DNA from: Callorhinchus milii | Lineage: Eukaryota | Length of the DNA: 64,000 nt | Direction of reading: 5' to 3' | NCBI RefSeq assembly: GCF_018977255.1 | Contig: NW_024704743.1 | Coordinates: 496,001 to 560,000 of the forward strand | Shown: piece after piece, positions 23,887 to 36,710 of the stretch | Position numbering within the stretch: the stretch's first letter is position 1 | Layout: each line of letters begins with the position of its first letter | Position numbers and translations under genes: made by a program | Notes under the pieces: generated by a model | The model's input: only the letters and a program-made list of their open reading frames with translations | What the model was told of the DNA's origin: nothing | The model's database searches: none

Positions 23887-24256
23887 GGATGTCTGACACA
23901 TGCGGAAACCCATCACCGCTGCTTAAAAGCGGTATCCTAACCAAACTGAGAATTCCACGCATCCCACCTACACATAGAAATCCCAGAGATAGATTGTCGG
24001 AATTGAATGCACTCTCTCTCCCCCTGGAGGGATGCATCCTGCTTCCCTAATTCCGGAGAGTATTAGGCACAGGTTGGAAAGCGCTAAGGCTTGGGGGAGC
24101 CCAGAATGTATGTTGGGGTAACTGCTGGAGTCTAACCAGCTAAAACCACACAGCTTGCCATTGGTAGCTTGCCCAGCTAGGACCACCCTACACGTTTGGG
24201 CTTGGCAGGGTTAACAGGAGCTCAGTGGGATGATTCCATGCCCACAGTGACTGGGC
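23887..24256 (-). mobile_element. Unclassified repeat family X
   Basis: gtctgacacatgcggaaacccatc...ttggggtaactgctggagtctaaccagc; abuts a SINE head at 23780-23886. Confidence 0.85.
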
Positions 24257-24916
24257 AGAATTACAACGTAAAAACAGGCCATTTGACCCATTGCATCTTG
24301 CTGCTTGGTTTGTCTAAATGAGCCACCGACGCTCTTTAACGTTCTTCAAGCTCCAGGATCTAATTGCATTCAAAAGGAACATGAACTCTGGTTCGACAGC
24401 AGTCTGCGGCAGTGAATCCACATTCCAACCCCTCTCGAATCAGGTCAGGGTTCGATGTGTTGCCGTGTGCCATGCACTGAATGCAATCTTAATTGCATGT
24501 TTGATAAATTAAATTCACTGACATTCCTGGCAGATTATTACGCCTCATGGCTGTTCACTTTTATGTTTGTTTCACTCTGGCTTCTTTTCCCTGTGACTCT
24601 CGGTGCAAAAAAAAAATCCCTGCTCAACGCCCCTCTCCAGTCTTTCATTTTAACACTCTCTCTCTCTTTCTCTCACTGTGTGTGCAAGTGAACTTCCAGT
24701 TTCTCAGCAGTGTTGTCTGATGTTCAGTCAACCTTAGAAATGAGCAGAGCAATAATGGTTCTGTAATGAACAGCATTCAGGGCGGGGTGGAACGGGGGGG
24801 GACATGGAGCCATCATAAAAAGCTTTCAAGAGAGCTACGTTCAATTGTGCAGCGATGGCTGACTTAAAGCCGCTCCGTGCCAGAAACTAGGCTTAACCGA
24901 GGCTTTTTTAACTGGA

Positions 24917-24931
24917 GGAATGGCAGGAATG
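24917..24931 (+). promoter_or_regulatory. Tandem TEAD/M-CAT motif
   Basis: GGAATG-gca-GGAATG with a 3 bp spacer. Confidence 0.4.
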
Positions 24932-24990
24932 CGTCCGATTAGCATTATCCAACAGCAGCCCTTTATGCCCTCCCCTTCCCCCACCCGTAG

Positions 24991-25051
24991 CGATTTACAA
25001 CCTGTGGGCTTTTATTTTGAAGCGTTATTGTGGCGCTGCCCGAAATCGATG
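24991..25051 (+). other. Candidate 61 nt exon ending in ATG
   Basis: Acceptor ccctccccttcccccacccgtag, donor ATG|gtgagt. Confidence 0.4.
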
Positions 25052-25384
25052 GTGAGTGAATCTTAACCGTTTGGAGGCACGAGGCCAACATTTCTCTTGC
25101 TCTTCCCTTTTAAGACCGTTGACTTAAAATGTAAGATCATTCAGTATTTTTTTTTTGGGGGGGGGGGAAATATTTCAATTGCGTTTCGATTTGAAAACTA
25201 TTTTTCCTCATTTGTTTTTTTTTAAATTAAAAAGACACTTTCAAATTGACGTTGGTTTTAGGCTGGAAATCTGCTGCTGTTTCTCAAAGAGTCCTTAATG
25301 TTGTGGAGATGATGATAATCTCTGCAATTTATGAAGCAACTTATCACGTTGTTGAAACATCGTAAAGCATTTCACATGATTAAA

Positions 25385-25723
25385 TTATTATAATCTTTAC
25401 ATTTGATATATCGCCTTATCACGTCATCGAGATGCCTCAAAGCGCATCACAGAATATATTGTAGAGTGAATTGACTGTATGTTTTGTGGGCGAAGCGCGG
25501 CAGACAATTGCTCAACCCGTCGTGATTTGAGTGAACGAAAATAGTTATATTTTTTTGAAGGCATTATTACCGGCAATCGACAGCCGGATTCCTGTTTACT
25601 GCTGCGTAAACAGAGCCGTGTGGAGTAAGGAAACTTGCCTAATGCTTCATCCTCCCCGGGAATCGAACCCAGGTTCTGTCGCTTGTGAGGCGAGTGCTCT
25701 AACCACTACGCTACAGGACTCCA
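25385..25723 (-). mobile_element. tRNA-SINE, near full length
   Basis: Tail through to head ...gcgagtgctctaaccactacgctacaggactcca. Confidence 0.95.
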
Positions 25724-25947
25724 TGTTGCTACTGGGATGTCTTTACAGAAACATTTTCTCAAGATTCCAGCGCTGCATTAAGTGTCTCAGTGCTGTTTTG
25801 ATGCAGTGGCCCAGTAAATGTGTGTCAATGATGCACACGATTTAAGGTGAGCCCAGGAGGCAGATTTTTAATAGCTTCATTATCTGTCAGTGGAGAGATG
25901 CATTTATAGCTGCTGTTCAAATCTTAAGTGCTGTACAGTGTGTTATG

Positions 25948-26256
25948 AAATTCAACACAAGATTAAAGCCCTCATGATTTTGTTATTAAATTAAGTTGTG
26001 CCGATTTGAAATGGGAGATGTCTCTACTTATGCTCATTGTATGAAGAACTGGTCAGGTGCAAAGCAAAACTGACCCTCTAAGCTCTACCTCAATAACTTA
26101 GCTCCAATTCCATCACTGTGATGCTGTGTATCTCAAACTACCCATTTCTGTGGCCATTCACGTTAGCTTTGTATCTCATTTTGAATTGTGGACTTGTGCC
26201 CAATGGAAACTGGTCTGAGATGTCCAAACTTTGGGCTTTAATCTTGTGTTGAATTT
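25948..26256. repeat. Perfect 24 bp inverted repeat around a 261 bp spacer
   Basis: aaattcaacacaagattaaagccc (25948-25971) and gggctttaatcttgtgttgaattt (26233-26256). Confidence 0.95.
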
Positions 26257-26784
26257 GATGAAATGTGTCCCATCAGTTCGGGCCAGATTTGTAATGATTA
26301 GTGGCATTGGTTGATGTAAGAGATTCACTTGAGTGGATGATCCCATAGACCTGCTTGAAATTCTCTTGCTAAACCATGGTTAATTATGATTAGATAAAGG
26401 AAGTTGAGATTGCTGTAACTAAGCATTTTACCGTGATAGCGTGGGTCAAATATTTAGAAATGTTTTGTGGTAATGACATTCTGCCTCGTGTGGAGTTGGA
26501 GTTGAAACTCTGTTGTTGTTCTACAATCAAGTCGTTCAGATGATGTTCAACATCATGAGTGCTGTTATCATGTAATTGTCAACTGCTCAACAAGGGTCAA
26601 ATTACTTGATGATTAGCTTCTGATACACAGTGCTATTTACTCATGGGTGAGTGAAAGCAATTGGTGTTCAGACAGCGAAACAGTGTTAGAGGCAGCACAG
26701 GCAAAGCAAGTGAGGTCTGGACTCAATAGCCACACACCTTTCAGCAGGAGGCCGTGGAGAAAGCCTAACCCAGGCCTGCTAAAG

Positions 26785-27122
26785 AATAATAATAATAATC
26801 TTTACGTTTGATACAACGCCTTATCACGCCATTGAGATGTCTCAAAGCGCTTCACGGAATATACTGTAAAGAGAATTATATATTTTGTGGACAAAACGCG
26901 GCAGCCTATTGTGCACAGCAGCGTCCTACAAACAGGATTGAGTGACCAAGTTGTTATTTATTTATTTATTTGAAGGGATTATTCCCCCGGAAAAGCAATC
27001 AACTAACAACCGGGTTCCTAACTACTGCAGAGGCATGTGGAGTAAGGAAACTCACTTAACGTTTCAACTGTCCCGGGAATCGAACCTGGGTCCTCTTGCT
27101 TGCAAGGCGAGCGCACTAACAC
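26785..27122 (-). mobile_element. tRNA-SINE, near full length
   Basis: (aat)n tail, body, gggaatcgaacctgggtcctcttgcttgcaaggcgag. Confidence 0.95.
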
Positions 27123-27184
27123 TCTACAAAGCCAATTACTGCCACAAATTAGCTGCGTCTAAAACATTCATTTTATTTCTACTG

Positions 27185-27300
27185 CCGCCCTCCACCCTCC
27201 CTGATCCCAATCATCAGCTCAGGTACAAATCCTTGACTGTCTAGTGCCTTGGGATGTCCTCCTGACGTGAAAGTCGCTATGTAAATGTAATTTGTTGTTG
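27185..27300 (+). mobile_element. L2 LINE 3' tail
   Basis: ccttgggatgtcctcctgacgtgaaagtcgctatgtaaatgtaatttgttgttg. Confidence 0.85.
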
Positions 27301-28451
27301 GTCTGATTCTTTTAAAGAGCTTTGAGAGTTCATCCTATGTGAAAGGTGAAATATAAGCACAAGTAGTTTTTTTTAATAAAAACATTTATTTATGTTCATG
27401 CCAGGATTTGGGTTACGGTCACAATTTCTCTTCAGTTTTCCCAGCTGCTGTAAATCTCTGTGACTGCCGTTTCACATCATCCTCCCAGTTTGTCATGTTC
27501 CCAGTGTCCGACTTCCAGCTTTTATTTCTTATTTTTTTTTGCATCCAAAGTCGTGTTTCCGACAGATGTTTAACTTGCGGCTTCCATTCCCTCCCTCCCT
27601 CCCTCCCACGCCTGCCCCTTATCCCGCTGATCACCACGAGGGACACTTAAATTGTTCTAAACCCCAGCCAGTTCTCAACAGATTGCATAACCCTGACGAC
27701 ATGTAGCACAGTCTACTTCGCAGTAGTCATATCCTCGGAAATCGTATGGCGGCAAAAGATGGCTTGTCGAGAGAGGTTTGCGTAAAACATCTATCTCTAA
27801 TTTGATCGCATGTGCCTGCAACAACCACAACTACTGCTGATTTGGGACCTTGAACCTCCAGCAGGGACCCGCTGATTATAATTAACTGAAATGAATTCTC
27901 CGTAGGGTTTGGCTCTTTAGGATTTAAGTATGTGCCGAAAGTAAATCCCCAAGTCAACTAGATTTCAGAGGGGTTACCTACCGTTCCTTCCGTTCTCCGC
28001 ATAGAAGAAAAATTATGAAGCCGGGAAGTGCCGGGAAAAAAAAAAGGCGTCTTACTAAGCGAATTCAACCGATGCTCTGTTTTTGCCTGAAACTTGTCGT
28101 TAAAATAGTCTGTCGATCGGCTGCCATGTTTCGCCCACGAAATACGCAGCCAATCCACTTTACGGTGCGTTCTGTGAAGCGCTTTGAGACGTCTCGTTGA
28201 CGTGATAAGATGCGATATCAATCGCCATGGTTATCATCTCAATGCAGATTGAGCTGAACGGCTGGTTTCTATGCTCTAACATTCTTTGCACCAATGTTCA
28301 ACTTACAACATTCGTGTTACGCCCACTGGAAACTTGGAATGTTACCATAGGAAGAGGCCATACATTCCACACTGTTTTCCCCAACGTGAGCCAAACACTG
28401 TCCTGCTCTCACCCTGAATCGCTCCTCATATTTCTCCTCTTCAAGCATCTA

Positions 28452-28805
28452 TCCTGTAGCTAAGTGGTTAGAGCACTCGCCTCTCAAGCGAGAGGACCCG
28501 GGATTGATTTCCGGGCAGGGGCGAAACCTTAGAAAGGTTCCCTTACTCCGAACACCTCCGTAAGTAGGAACCCGGTTGTTAGTCAATTGGTGGATCGCTT
28601 TCTGGGGGTAAATAAACCTATCAAAAAAAAATTTTTAACAGAAAATCATTTGGTTCCTCAATCCATAGCGGTTTGCGGGACGCGGCTGTGTGGAATTGGT
28701 TGCCGAGTTTTGCCCACAAAATATACGGTCGGATTCACTTTACAGCATATTCTGTGAAGCCCTTTGAGGCATCTCAGCAATGCGATAAGGCGCTATATCA
28801 AATGA
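28452..28805 (+). mobile_element. tRNA-SINE, full length
   Basis: tcctgtagctaagtggttagagcactcgcc ... gataaggcgctatatcaaatg. Confidence 0.95.
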
Positions 28806-29519
28806 AAGCATTTCCAGGTTTCTCTTTGACTTTTCTCCCCTTGTTTGAATTTTAATTTTCCTTTTGGGGGTTGGCACTCTACGAGCTGTAAAGGATTTCA
28901 TCGCCATAACCTGCAGAAATCTTCTGTGACATTTACTTTTGAGGAGTCTAGTCATTCTTTACGCATGTGGGTGTATGTATATTATAATATTTATGGGGGT
29001 GTGCGCAGAATTGGCTAACATAGTCATTACCTGAATGCATGAAAAGAAAGAGCCATTGAGGGACCGTGTTACAAACTGTAGGAAAGAGTATTGAGCCGGT
29101 TAAATGTAGCTGAAAGTTGTGAAAATGTGGGATATTATAAGGCTGTTGGCCATATAGGGAGAATAAGTTGTGATGTTTAATGGGGAATCAATTTACCATA
29201 ATCTAATAAATGCAATACAAATTTACATTTATATAACCCCATTTGTGTCGGGAGGAAAGTGCTTAATAAACTGGCGGAACAAGGTCGATTGAGTGAATAT
29301 TGTTCCAATGTTTCTAACCACGCGTAGACCATTTACCTATATATCACATCAGGCCTCTGTTGGTTCGTGTGGACATTTCAGATGTTCAATGTCTACAGAA
29401 TTATTCTGAAGCTACGTTATGTGTGTGGTGCTAATGATGTAGCTGGTCATGTCTGTTTTACGTGTGAGACCTGCAGATACTTGTCTGACCCTGTTGGGAT
29501 TTAATACGGGATCATTTCG

Positions 29520-29820
29520 TGTATAGAAATATTGAATAGGAGAAGAGGTGCTGTAGAGTTCAGAGCTTTGCGGAGAGATTTTTTTTTACTCAGGGAGTGG
29601 TTACGGTCTGGAATCCACTGTCTGAAAGTAAAGGCGGTGGAAACAGGTTCAATAACAACTCTCAAGAGGGATTTGAACAGGTACTTTGAAAAGGGAACGA
29701 TTGCAACGATATGGGGAAAGAGCGTGGGAGTAGGACTGATTGGGAAGCTCTTCCAAAGAGCCGACACAGGCCCGATGGGCTGAATGGCCTCCTTCGGTGC
29801 TGTAATACCTATGATTCTAA
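29520..29820 (+). mobile_element. CR1 LINE 3' end
   Basis: Decayed ORF2 end (RRDFF...VETGSITTLKRDLNRYF) and UTR ...gatgggctgaatggcctccttcggtgctgta...tgattcta. Confidence 0.9.
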
Positions 29821-30253
29821 AATCCAGGAAAAAANTTGGATCCATCACCATTCACTGGTATGAGCCAAGATGAGTGGCTGTCGGCATTCTTTTACGTGTA
29901 AGTTGACAAATAAGAAAATAATACTTGCATTTGATATAGTATTCCACTCACAGTATTGTAGTTGGTGTGGTAAATATTTTACAGGCATATCAGTCAGCAG
30001 AGAGGAGGGTTAATACAAACTGCCAAACTCGTAGTGATTTGTTTTGATAGTCCTTTATGGGTTACAGATTCCAGAGGTTGGGCCTGATACTGCCAGAAAC
30101 AACTCCCGTGTTTTCAAAGGGGAAGACGAACCTCGAACCAGGGCGTTTGTGCGCTGTTCACCCAGCAACACCTACTCAGGTGTTCCGATTGCTCTGCCGC
30201 AAACCAGTGTTGGAGCAAAGCCCGAAGATTCCTGGGGAAAGTGTCTGTGTGCC

Positions 30254-30490
30254 TGTGGTAGCACTCTTGCTCTGAGTCGGAAGGTTGTGGGCTCGAGCCC
30301 CGCGTCGGAGCTTTAACTCACCTCGTCCGAGCTGACACTCCAGTCGAGTACTGAGGCGGGGGCGGCAGTGACGGGGGTGCAATCCTTTGGATGAGACATC
30401 AAACTGAGATCCTGTTTAGGGGACGTCAAAAATCCCAGCTGCCATTTGAAAAGAGAAGTCCGTTTGTCCCAGTGCCCTGTCCAAAATGCC
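30254..30490 (+). mobile_element. DeuSINE (SacSINE1-like): tRNA head plus Deu domain
   Basis: gtggtagcactcttgctctgagtcggaaggttgtgggctcgagcccc...gctgacactccagt...tttggatgagacatcaaactgag. Confidence 0.8.
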
Positions 30491-31374
30491 CCCCCCGTTT
30501 AACATTGTTCTTTCCTTTGGGAAAATGTTTGCGGGACATTTCTGCGCGGTGCTGTTTTCGCCTAGAAATATACATTTACTCCGTAAGATCAATGGTACTG
30601 TGTGGTTTCAGGTTTGCAGTTGAGGTATCTCTGTGGGGTGAGGTAGTTTAAGTTAGTCTAGGCTGACGCAGCATTGCTGTATTGGGGTGGGGAGAGCAGG
30701 AGAACCGGGTGCTACGTTGTTGGAAGTGTACAAAAATCGGTTCGCCTACAAAAAGGGTAATTACCATTCTTTACAGACGATTTGTTCAAATAAACGTGAT
30801 AATAATAATCCTTGCGTTTAATATAGCGCCTTATCTTGTTGCGGTGTATCAAAGCGCTTCACAGGCTATACCGCAAAGTGGAGTGACTGTATATTTTGTG
30901 GGCGAAACAAGTGAACAGGTAACGGCACAGACCGTAGCTGGCCGCGTTCGAGAAATCCACTCTTCTTTCCGTTTAAATCGTAAAAAGGGCAGTTGACTAC
31001 CTGTGGAAATCCGTAGCAATAATTGCTCTGTGGGATACCGTGATGCAGAGGATGCAGTATGTACAAAGGACGACTCGGTTGCTGCTGTGCATGCATCAAA
31101 TTGCTTTGAACATTCTCCGTATCAGTGATGCTCGGAGGAGCCTGCTGTTAGTTGACCCGAAGTTGACTTCAGAATATCCTGTGCGGACTAGAAGTGGTAT
31201 CTGTATGAGTCATTCAATTATGTGTTTATATATTACAGTCGTAGCTTTTTTTTTATAAAAAAAAAATTGCCACCATGGATGAGGTGAATCACGATCTTGC
31301 TAGCAGGATATTTATTATATACTTCGCAATGCATTGCAAGCCGGTTAATATGGCCCGGTTTGCCTATTTTTCAG

Positions 31375-31647
31375 CAACAACAAATTATATTTACACGGCG
31401 CCTTTCACGTCGGGAGGACATCCCAAGGGGCTGGACAGTCAGGGATTTGGGTTTTAATGTCTTGTCTCAAGGGCGGTGGGCACAACAACGACAACAACAA
31501 CAATTATTTGCATTTGCTGCATATAGCGCCCTTCACGTCGTGACTGTGAGTGCTTTAGATGCGGTGGATTGTAGGCCCCCAGGTGGGTTTGAACCCACAG
31601 CCTTCTGACCTCAAAGCGTGAGTGCTATCCAACGAGCCAAACTGACA
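31375..31647 (-). mobile_element. Two L2 tails plus a DeuSINE head
   Basis: gcgcctttcacgtcgggaggacatcccaagg; tttgaacccacagccttctgacctcaaagcgtgagtgctatccaacgagccaaactgac. Confidence 0.75.
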
Positions 31648-32117
31648 ACTGAGACATATGCATTCAATGCGTCTGTCCTGTAGGGCTTTCCACAGACCTT
31701 TAAACTGTCCATTACAGCCATGTGCAGAGGATGTTAAGTCTGTCCAAACATCTTGAGATGCTAGTGCTGATGATTAAAGACATGGAGGATGTTTTCCATT
31801 TGGCACATGTCCTGTATACAATGTGTGGGGGAAGAGTTGTGCAATGTTCCTGTGGATGTTGCTGACTGTTTAATTTCTCGTGAGCCCTGAGCTAAGCTGT
31901 CGACTGAAAACTGGTAGGAAGGCAAGTCCAAATTGAGTGGGTGTTTGGCATCTACTCACTCATACCTTTCATCTGGATACTGTGTGTGTGTGTGTATATA
32001 CTGTAAAGGCATTTGTATGTCTAGCCAAGCCTCTGTCTGCAGGCTTTGTATTGACATATCCTTGCAATTTGGGACTTTTGTGTGTGTGTTTTTTTGTCCT
32101 CTATTCAGAAAGATTTG

Positions 32118-32490
32118 TGGAGTTCTGTACGTATTGGTTAGAGCACTTGCCTCGCAAGTGAGAGGACCCGGGGTCGATTCCCAGGCGGGGCTAAATTTTA
32201 GGCAATTTTTCTTACTCCACCCGCCTCTGTTTGCCTAGCAGCAAATACGAGCCTGGTTATTCATCGATTGGGAGATCGCTTTTCTGTGGGTGAATAAAAT
32301 AAGCCATAATAATAATTTGGTCACTCAATGCATGACTGTTTGTGAGATGCTACTGTGAGCGATTGGCTGTCGCGTTTCGCCCACAGAACACACAGTCACT
32401 ACGCATTACAGTATAACCTGTGAAGTGCTTTGAAATGTCTTGAAGACGTGATAAGGTGTTATATCAAATGCAACCATCATTATTATTATT
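32118..32490 (+). mobile_element. tRNA-SINE, full length
   Basis: Head through to the tail ...tatatcaaatgcaaccatcattattattatt. Confidence 0.95.
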
Positions 32491-33090
32491 TCTAACCTTT
32501 TCTGCTTGACTGTCAACTATGCAATTAGTTCTGGAACTGCCGAAAATTGGCCTGCCTACTACAAGGTTAGACGATACCGGGGTGTGGGAGGATTTATGCA
32601 CAGACTTCAACTTACAAGCAGGGGAGGCAAGTACAGTCAGTGCCTGTGTTTGTAGACTTAAAATCAGACTGGAAGTCTTTGGGGACAAATGATTGGACAC
32701 AACTGTAAACTGCTGTCCCTCTGGCTTTGGGACACAATGCTCCAAGGTGACCTACGTCTTTAGTTCTGTCAAACTACTCTTCTTTTTTAATAAAAATCTG
32801 TTTTTAATTGGCAGACAGCTGGAGCAAGCAGTGAGTAAGAGCATAACGTGGGCTGTTTCTAAATATATGATGTCTGCTAGTTTTTCAAAACCTCTCTGAA
32901 TGAACAACAATGTCCCATTTACACAGCAGTGGAGCAAAGCCACATCTGAATGTTACTCAGGTTTGTTCTGAAGCTTGCAATGACTGCTCAGTTTCAGTAT
33001 AAGTCCTAGATGTTTAGTTATCATCAAATTACTTAATGGTTCAGGAGAAATAGAAACGTTGACTTGGAGCGAGGGGAGGTTGCTCTACTG

Positions 33091-33410
33091 TGGAGTAGAG
33101 TAGCTCAGTGGTTAGAGCACTCGCCTCGCAAGTGAGAGGACCCGGGTTCGATTCCCGGGCAAAGCAAAACCTTAGGCAAGTTTCCTTTCTCCACACGCCT
33201 GTTTACCTAGCATTAAGTAGGAACCTGGGAATAATAATTCCTCCCCACAAAAATTATAATTAGGTCGCTCAATCCACAGATATCTGTGGGACATTGCTGC
33301 GCCCAATTGGCTGCTGCGTTCCGCCACTTTACAGTATAACCTGTGAAGCGCTCTTGAGATGTCTCAACAAAGTGATAAGGTGCTATATCAAATGCAAGGA
33401 TTATTATTAC
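33091..33410 (+). mobile_element. tRNA-SINE, near full length
   Basis: tagctcagtggttagagcactcgcctcgcaagtgagaggacccgggttcgattcccggg contains intact A and B boxes. Confidence 0.95.
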
Positions 33411-33611
33411 TGCACTTACTGCTTCTTTGAGAATGAGATTTCTCAAACATTCTCCTCACCAGATTACCCGGTTCCTCCCTGTCCCTCCACTCCCTGATCC
33501 TCTCTGCAGTCTACTCCAGCCTCACTCAACTGCAAAGGCAAGTCTGCTGCAATCCCCTGTCAACACTATTCAGTTCAGGCCCCCCCCTTACTTCCCTGTC
33601 AATTTTTCAGG

Positions 33612-34152
33612 GGTCAGCCGGGTGTCTGACACATGCGGAAGCCCATCAACGTTGCTGAAGAGTCTCCAAACCAAGCTGAGAATTCCCCGCCTCCCCACGC
33701 TACACGTGGAAATCCCAGCGATAGCTTATTGGAATGGAATGCGCACTCTCTATTCCGGAGAGTATTAGGCGCAGGTTGGCAAGAGCCAAGGCTTGAGGAT
33801 CCTAGAGTGTGCGTTGGGGTAACTGATGGAGTCTAACCAGCAAACCCACACATAGCTTGTCATTGATATTGCTGTCCGGCTAGGACCACCCTAGCCATTA
33901 GGGCTTTGGTTTGTAGGGTTAACGTGAGCTGATCGAATTGATTCTCTGGCCACAGTGACTGGTCTGCCCTCCCACGTCCTGTCAATGAGCCAGGCTGGCA
34001 GTGCTGTCATCGACAGCGCCCTGGAAAACTGCGCACCCACCTGGCTCAGGAACCCGACTGTGGGACAGCCAGAGAGGGCTGACTCGATACCGACATTCGA
34101 TTGCCAGACATGTCACCTTGGAGCCAGTTCAGGTCCAAGGAGACCTCACTTA
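33612..34152 (-). mobile_element. Unclassified repeat family X, longest copy (~540 bp)
   Basis: Links all other fragments: ggtcagccgggtgtctgacac at one end, ccttggagccagttcaggtccaaggagacc at the other. Confidence 0.85.
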
Positions 34153-34448
34153 GGTCCTGTCTTTTTGAAACGCTTCAAGATGTTCAACTACATGAAAGGC
34201 GCTACACAAATACACACTGTTAATCCAGTGGCTTTTCAATTGGAGATAAATCTTTTTATTTGATACTTGCCTATAAAGTTAAAACGTCTTATGACGTTCA
34301 AACACCTCAAATTACTTCAATTGCTGTTGGGTGTCGTGACTTTGTGTATGTGAGCAGGACTTACAACAAATTGGAAGCTAATTTGTAAACAGCGAGGTTT
34401 CACAGACAGCCATGAAATGAACAAACAGTTTACCTGGAGGATTATTAT

Positions 34449-34815
34449 TGGAGTCCTGGAGCTTAGTGGTTAGAACATTCGCCTCTCAAGCGAAAGGATC
34501 CGGGTTCAATTCCCGGGCAGGAGGGAATATTAGGCAAGTTTCCTTATTCCACACAGCAGTAAATAGAAACCCGGTTGTTTGTCAATTGGCGGGTCGGTAA
34601 TAATTCCTTTTTTTTCCGGAGGTAATAATTCCTTTTTTTTTAAAAAAACTGGTCACTCAATCCACCACTGTTTATGGGCACGCTGCTGTGCGCAATTGGC
34701 TGCCGCGTTTTGCCCAGAAAATACACAGTCACTTCACTTGACAGTATAATTCTTTTGAGGCGTCTCGAAGACTTCATACGGCACTGTATCAAATGCAAGG
34801 ATTGCTATTATTATT
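34449..34815 (+). mobile_element. tRNA-SINE, full length
   Basis: tggagtcctggagcttagtggttag ... atcaaatgcaaggattgctattatt; a reverse Deu relic follows at 34815-34940. Confidence 0.95.
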
Positions 34816-35339
34816 GGCCAGTATATTGAGGATGGGAAAACTTTTTTTTTCCCCCTTCGTAGACTCCAATGGGGTCTTTAACATCCACCCAAACAGGTAG
34901 ACAAGTGCTCGTTTTAATGTCTCATCCAAAATAAAGCACCCTCCCATCGCTACCCGTTAGCACTAGGTTGTGGATCCCTGACTGTCCAAAGGACAAGGAG
35001 GACATCCTCCTGATGTAAAAGGCGCTAAGTGTATATATAATCTGTAGAAGTTGTTGCTCTCCTCCAGTGCTATGCCGGACTGTCAGCCTAGACTGAGCTC
35101 ACAGTCCTAACTAGTAAAAGTGAGACTGACTGGAATAGTGAAGAGCATCCAGCACCATAAAGTGGGGGGGGGGGGGATCCAAAAGCTAACCTGAGTGGCA
35201 TTGGAAGGGTAATAATAATCACTGCGTTTAATGTGAGCTCATTAACACATTGTTGAGACTGTCAAAGCGCTTCACATCAATTACAAATTTATATAGCGTC
35301 TTTTACCTCAGGAGGATGTCCTGGGTGGGGTTGTGTTCT

Positions 35340-35830
35340 GAGGACTCTATGCTTAATTCCGCTGCCCGGATATTCACCCCCACAAAACCCCATCCCCCAG
35401 CGCCCCAGTCCTCGCCAGGCTCCACTGGCTCCTAACCACCCAACGGATCGATTTCAAAATCTTCTCACTCGTTCTCAAACCCCTTCATGCCCTGGCACCT
35501 CCCTACCTCTCTCTCCGACCTGCTCTCACCACCACTCGCTGCCTCTGCTCAGTTGACTCCCAGTCTCCTGTCCGTCCCTCCTCCCCTCCGCTCCACCATC
35601 GGTGGCCGTGCCTTCAGCCGCATCACCCCGAAACTCTGTAACTCTCTCCCCCGATCCCTCCGCCTCGCCCCCCCCTCCCTCCCCACCTTCAAAACTTGCC
35701 TAAACACCTTCCTTTTTGATTGAGCTTAAGCTCACCTCCCCTCTCCCACCTCCCCCAGACACCGCCACCGTGTAGCGCTCTGGGACGCTATCCTGCGTGA
35801 ACGGCGCTGTGTAAATGCAAGTTGCTGTTT
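35340..35830 (+). mobile_element. L2 LINE ORF2 C-terminus and 3' end (pseudogenic)
   Basis: LNSAARIF..., PVLARLHWL..QRIDFKI, LAPPYL, TIGGRAFSRITPKLCNSLP across frameshifts. Confidence 0.9.
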
Positions 35831-36490
35831 GTGTTTGAGAGCCTTGAAAAATAAAGGCCGGAAATAACTATCTGTTGTTTTCCTCTTTGAGACCCATTCG
35901 TAGTACAGTGAGTAAACACCCTCGAGAGGTGATATAATCACACGTGACATTCCTCACAAGTCAAAACAGAGGTAAATATGTAATGAATATCCTTACCTTG
36001 CTGAGAACTATTATAAACGTACTCGTTCAGCCTAGTTACCTTTACTCATTCTCCCCCCCCCCCCCCCACCACCCGCCCCCCTTTTCTCCCCCTCATCCCA
36101 CAGAAACTTGTAAAGATTTATTTGCAGTCTGGAAATTAGTTGGAACAGAAGACGATTTTTCCCCCCCCCCTTTTTCCTGAAACTTTTTGGATTCCTGGAT
36201 AAAACATGTCAGAGGAGCATGTTATTGAGAAGGTATTTTGCAAACTTAAAGGCTAGGAACTTTCTGCGAGTCCTGATGTGCTCCCCCCGCTCATAGATGA
36301 GAGTAAGACTCTCAGTGTGTGAGTGACTGACTGTGTGTGTGTGTGTGTGTGTGTGTATAGGGTAGTAACCTTATTTTATGTCTCCTCTAACATTGCACCT
36401 TGAGTGTGCGTTTTATATGGAATCTTTATTTTAAAAAAAGAAGTGTCCCACAAAATGATGATTCAACTCATCTTCAGACCTCAAACAAGA

Positions 36491-36710
36491 TGTCAGCTTG
36501 GCTCCGTTGGTACACGTGAGCCCCCAGGTCAGAAGTTTGCCAGTTCAAGTCCCACGTCAGCAATTTGTGTTAACAGTTCAGGCAGGTACCGGCTTTTGAA
36601 TAAGACATTAAATTGGATCCTGTCTGCCTGTTCAAGTAGATGTTTAAAAGTCCCATTGTACTCTTTAAAAACAGAAGGGTTTCTCCTGGTGTCCTGACCG
36701 ACAAATAAGA
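36491..36710 (+). mobile_element. DeuSINE relic
   Basis: gtcagcttggctccgttggt...ttttgaataagacattaaa...ctgcctgttcaagtagatgtttaaaagtccc...tctcctggtgtcctgacc. Confidence 0.75.

Noticed and set aside
25030..25051. RCPKS peptide recalling a CELF2 N-terminus
   Set aside because: Five residues only; the flanking residues do not match.
33091..33170. tRNA-Ala-like sequences (many copies)
   Set aside because: Each continues into the SINE body with no poly-T terminator; they are SINE heads, not tRNA genes.
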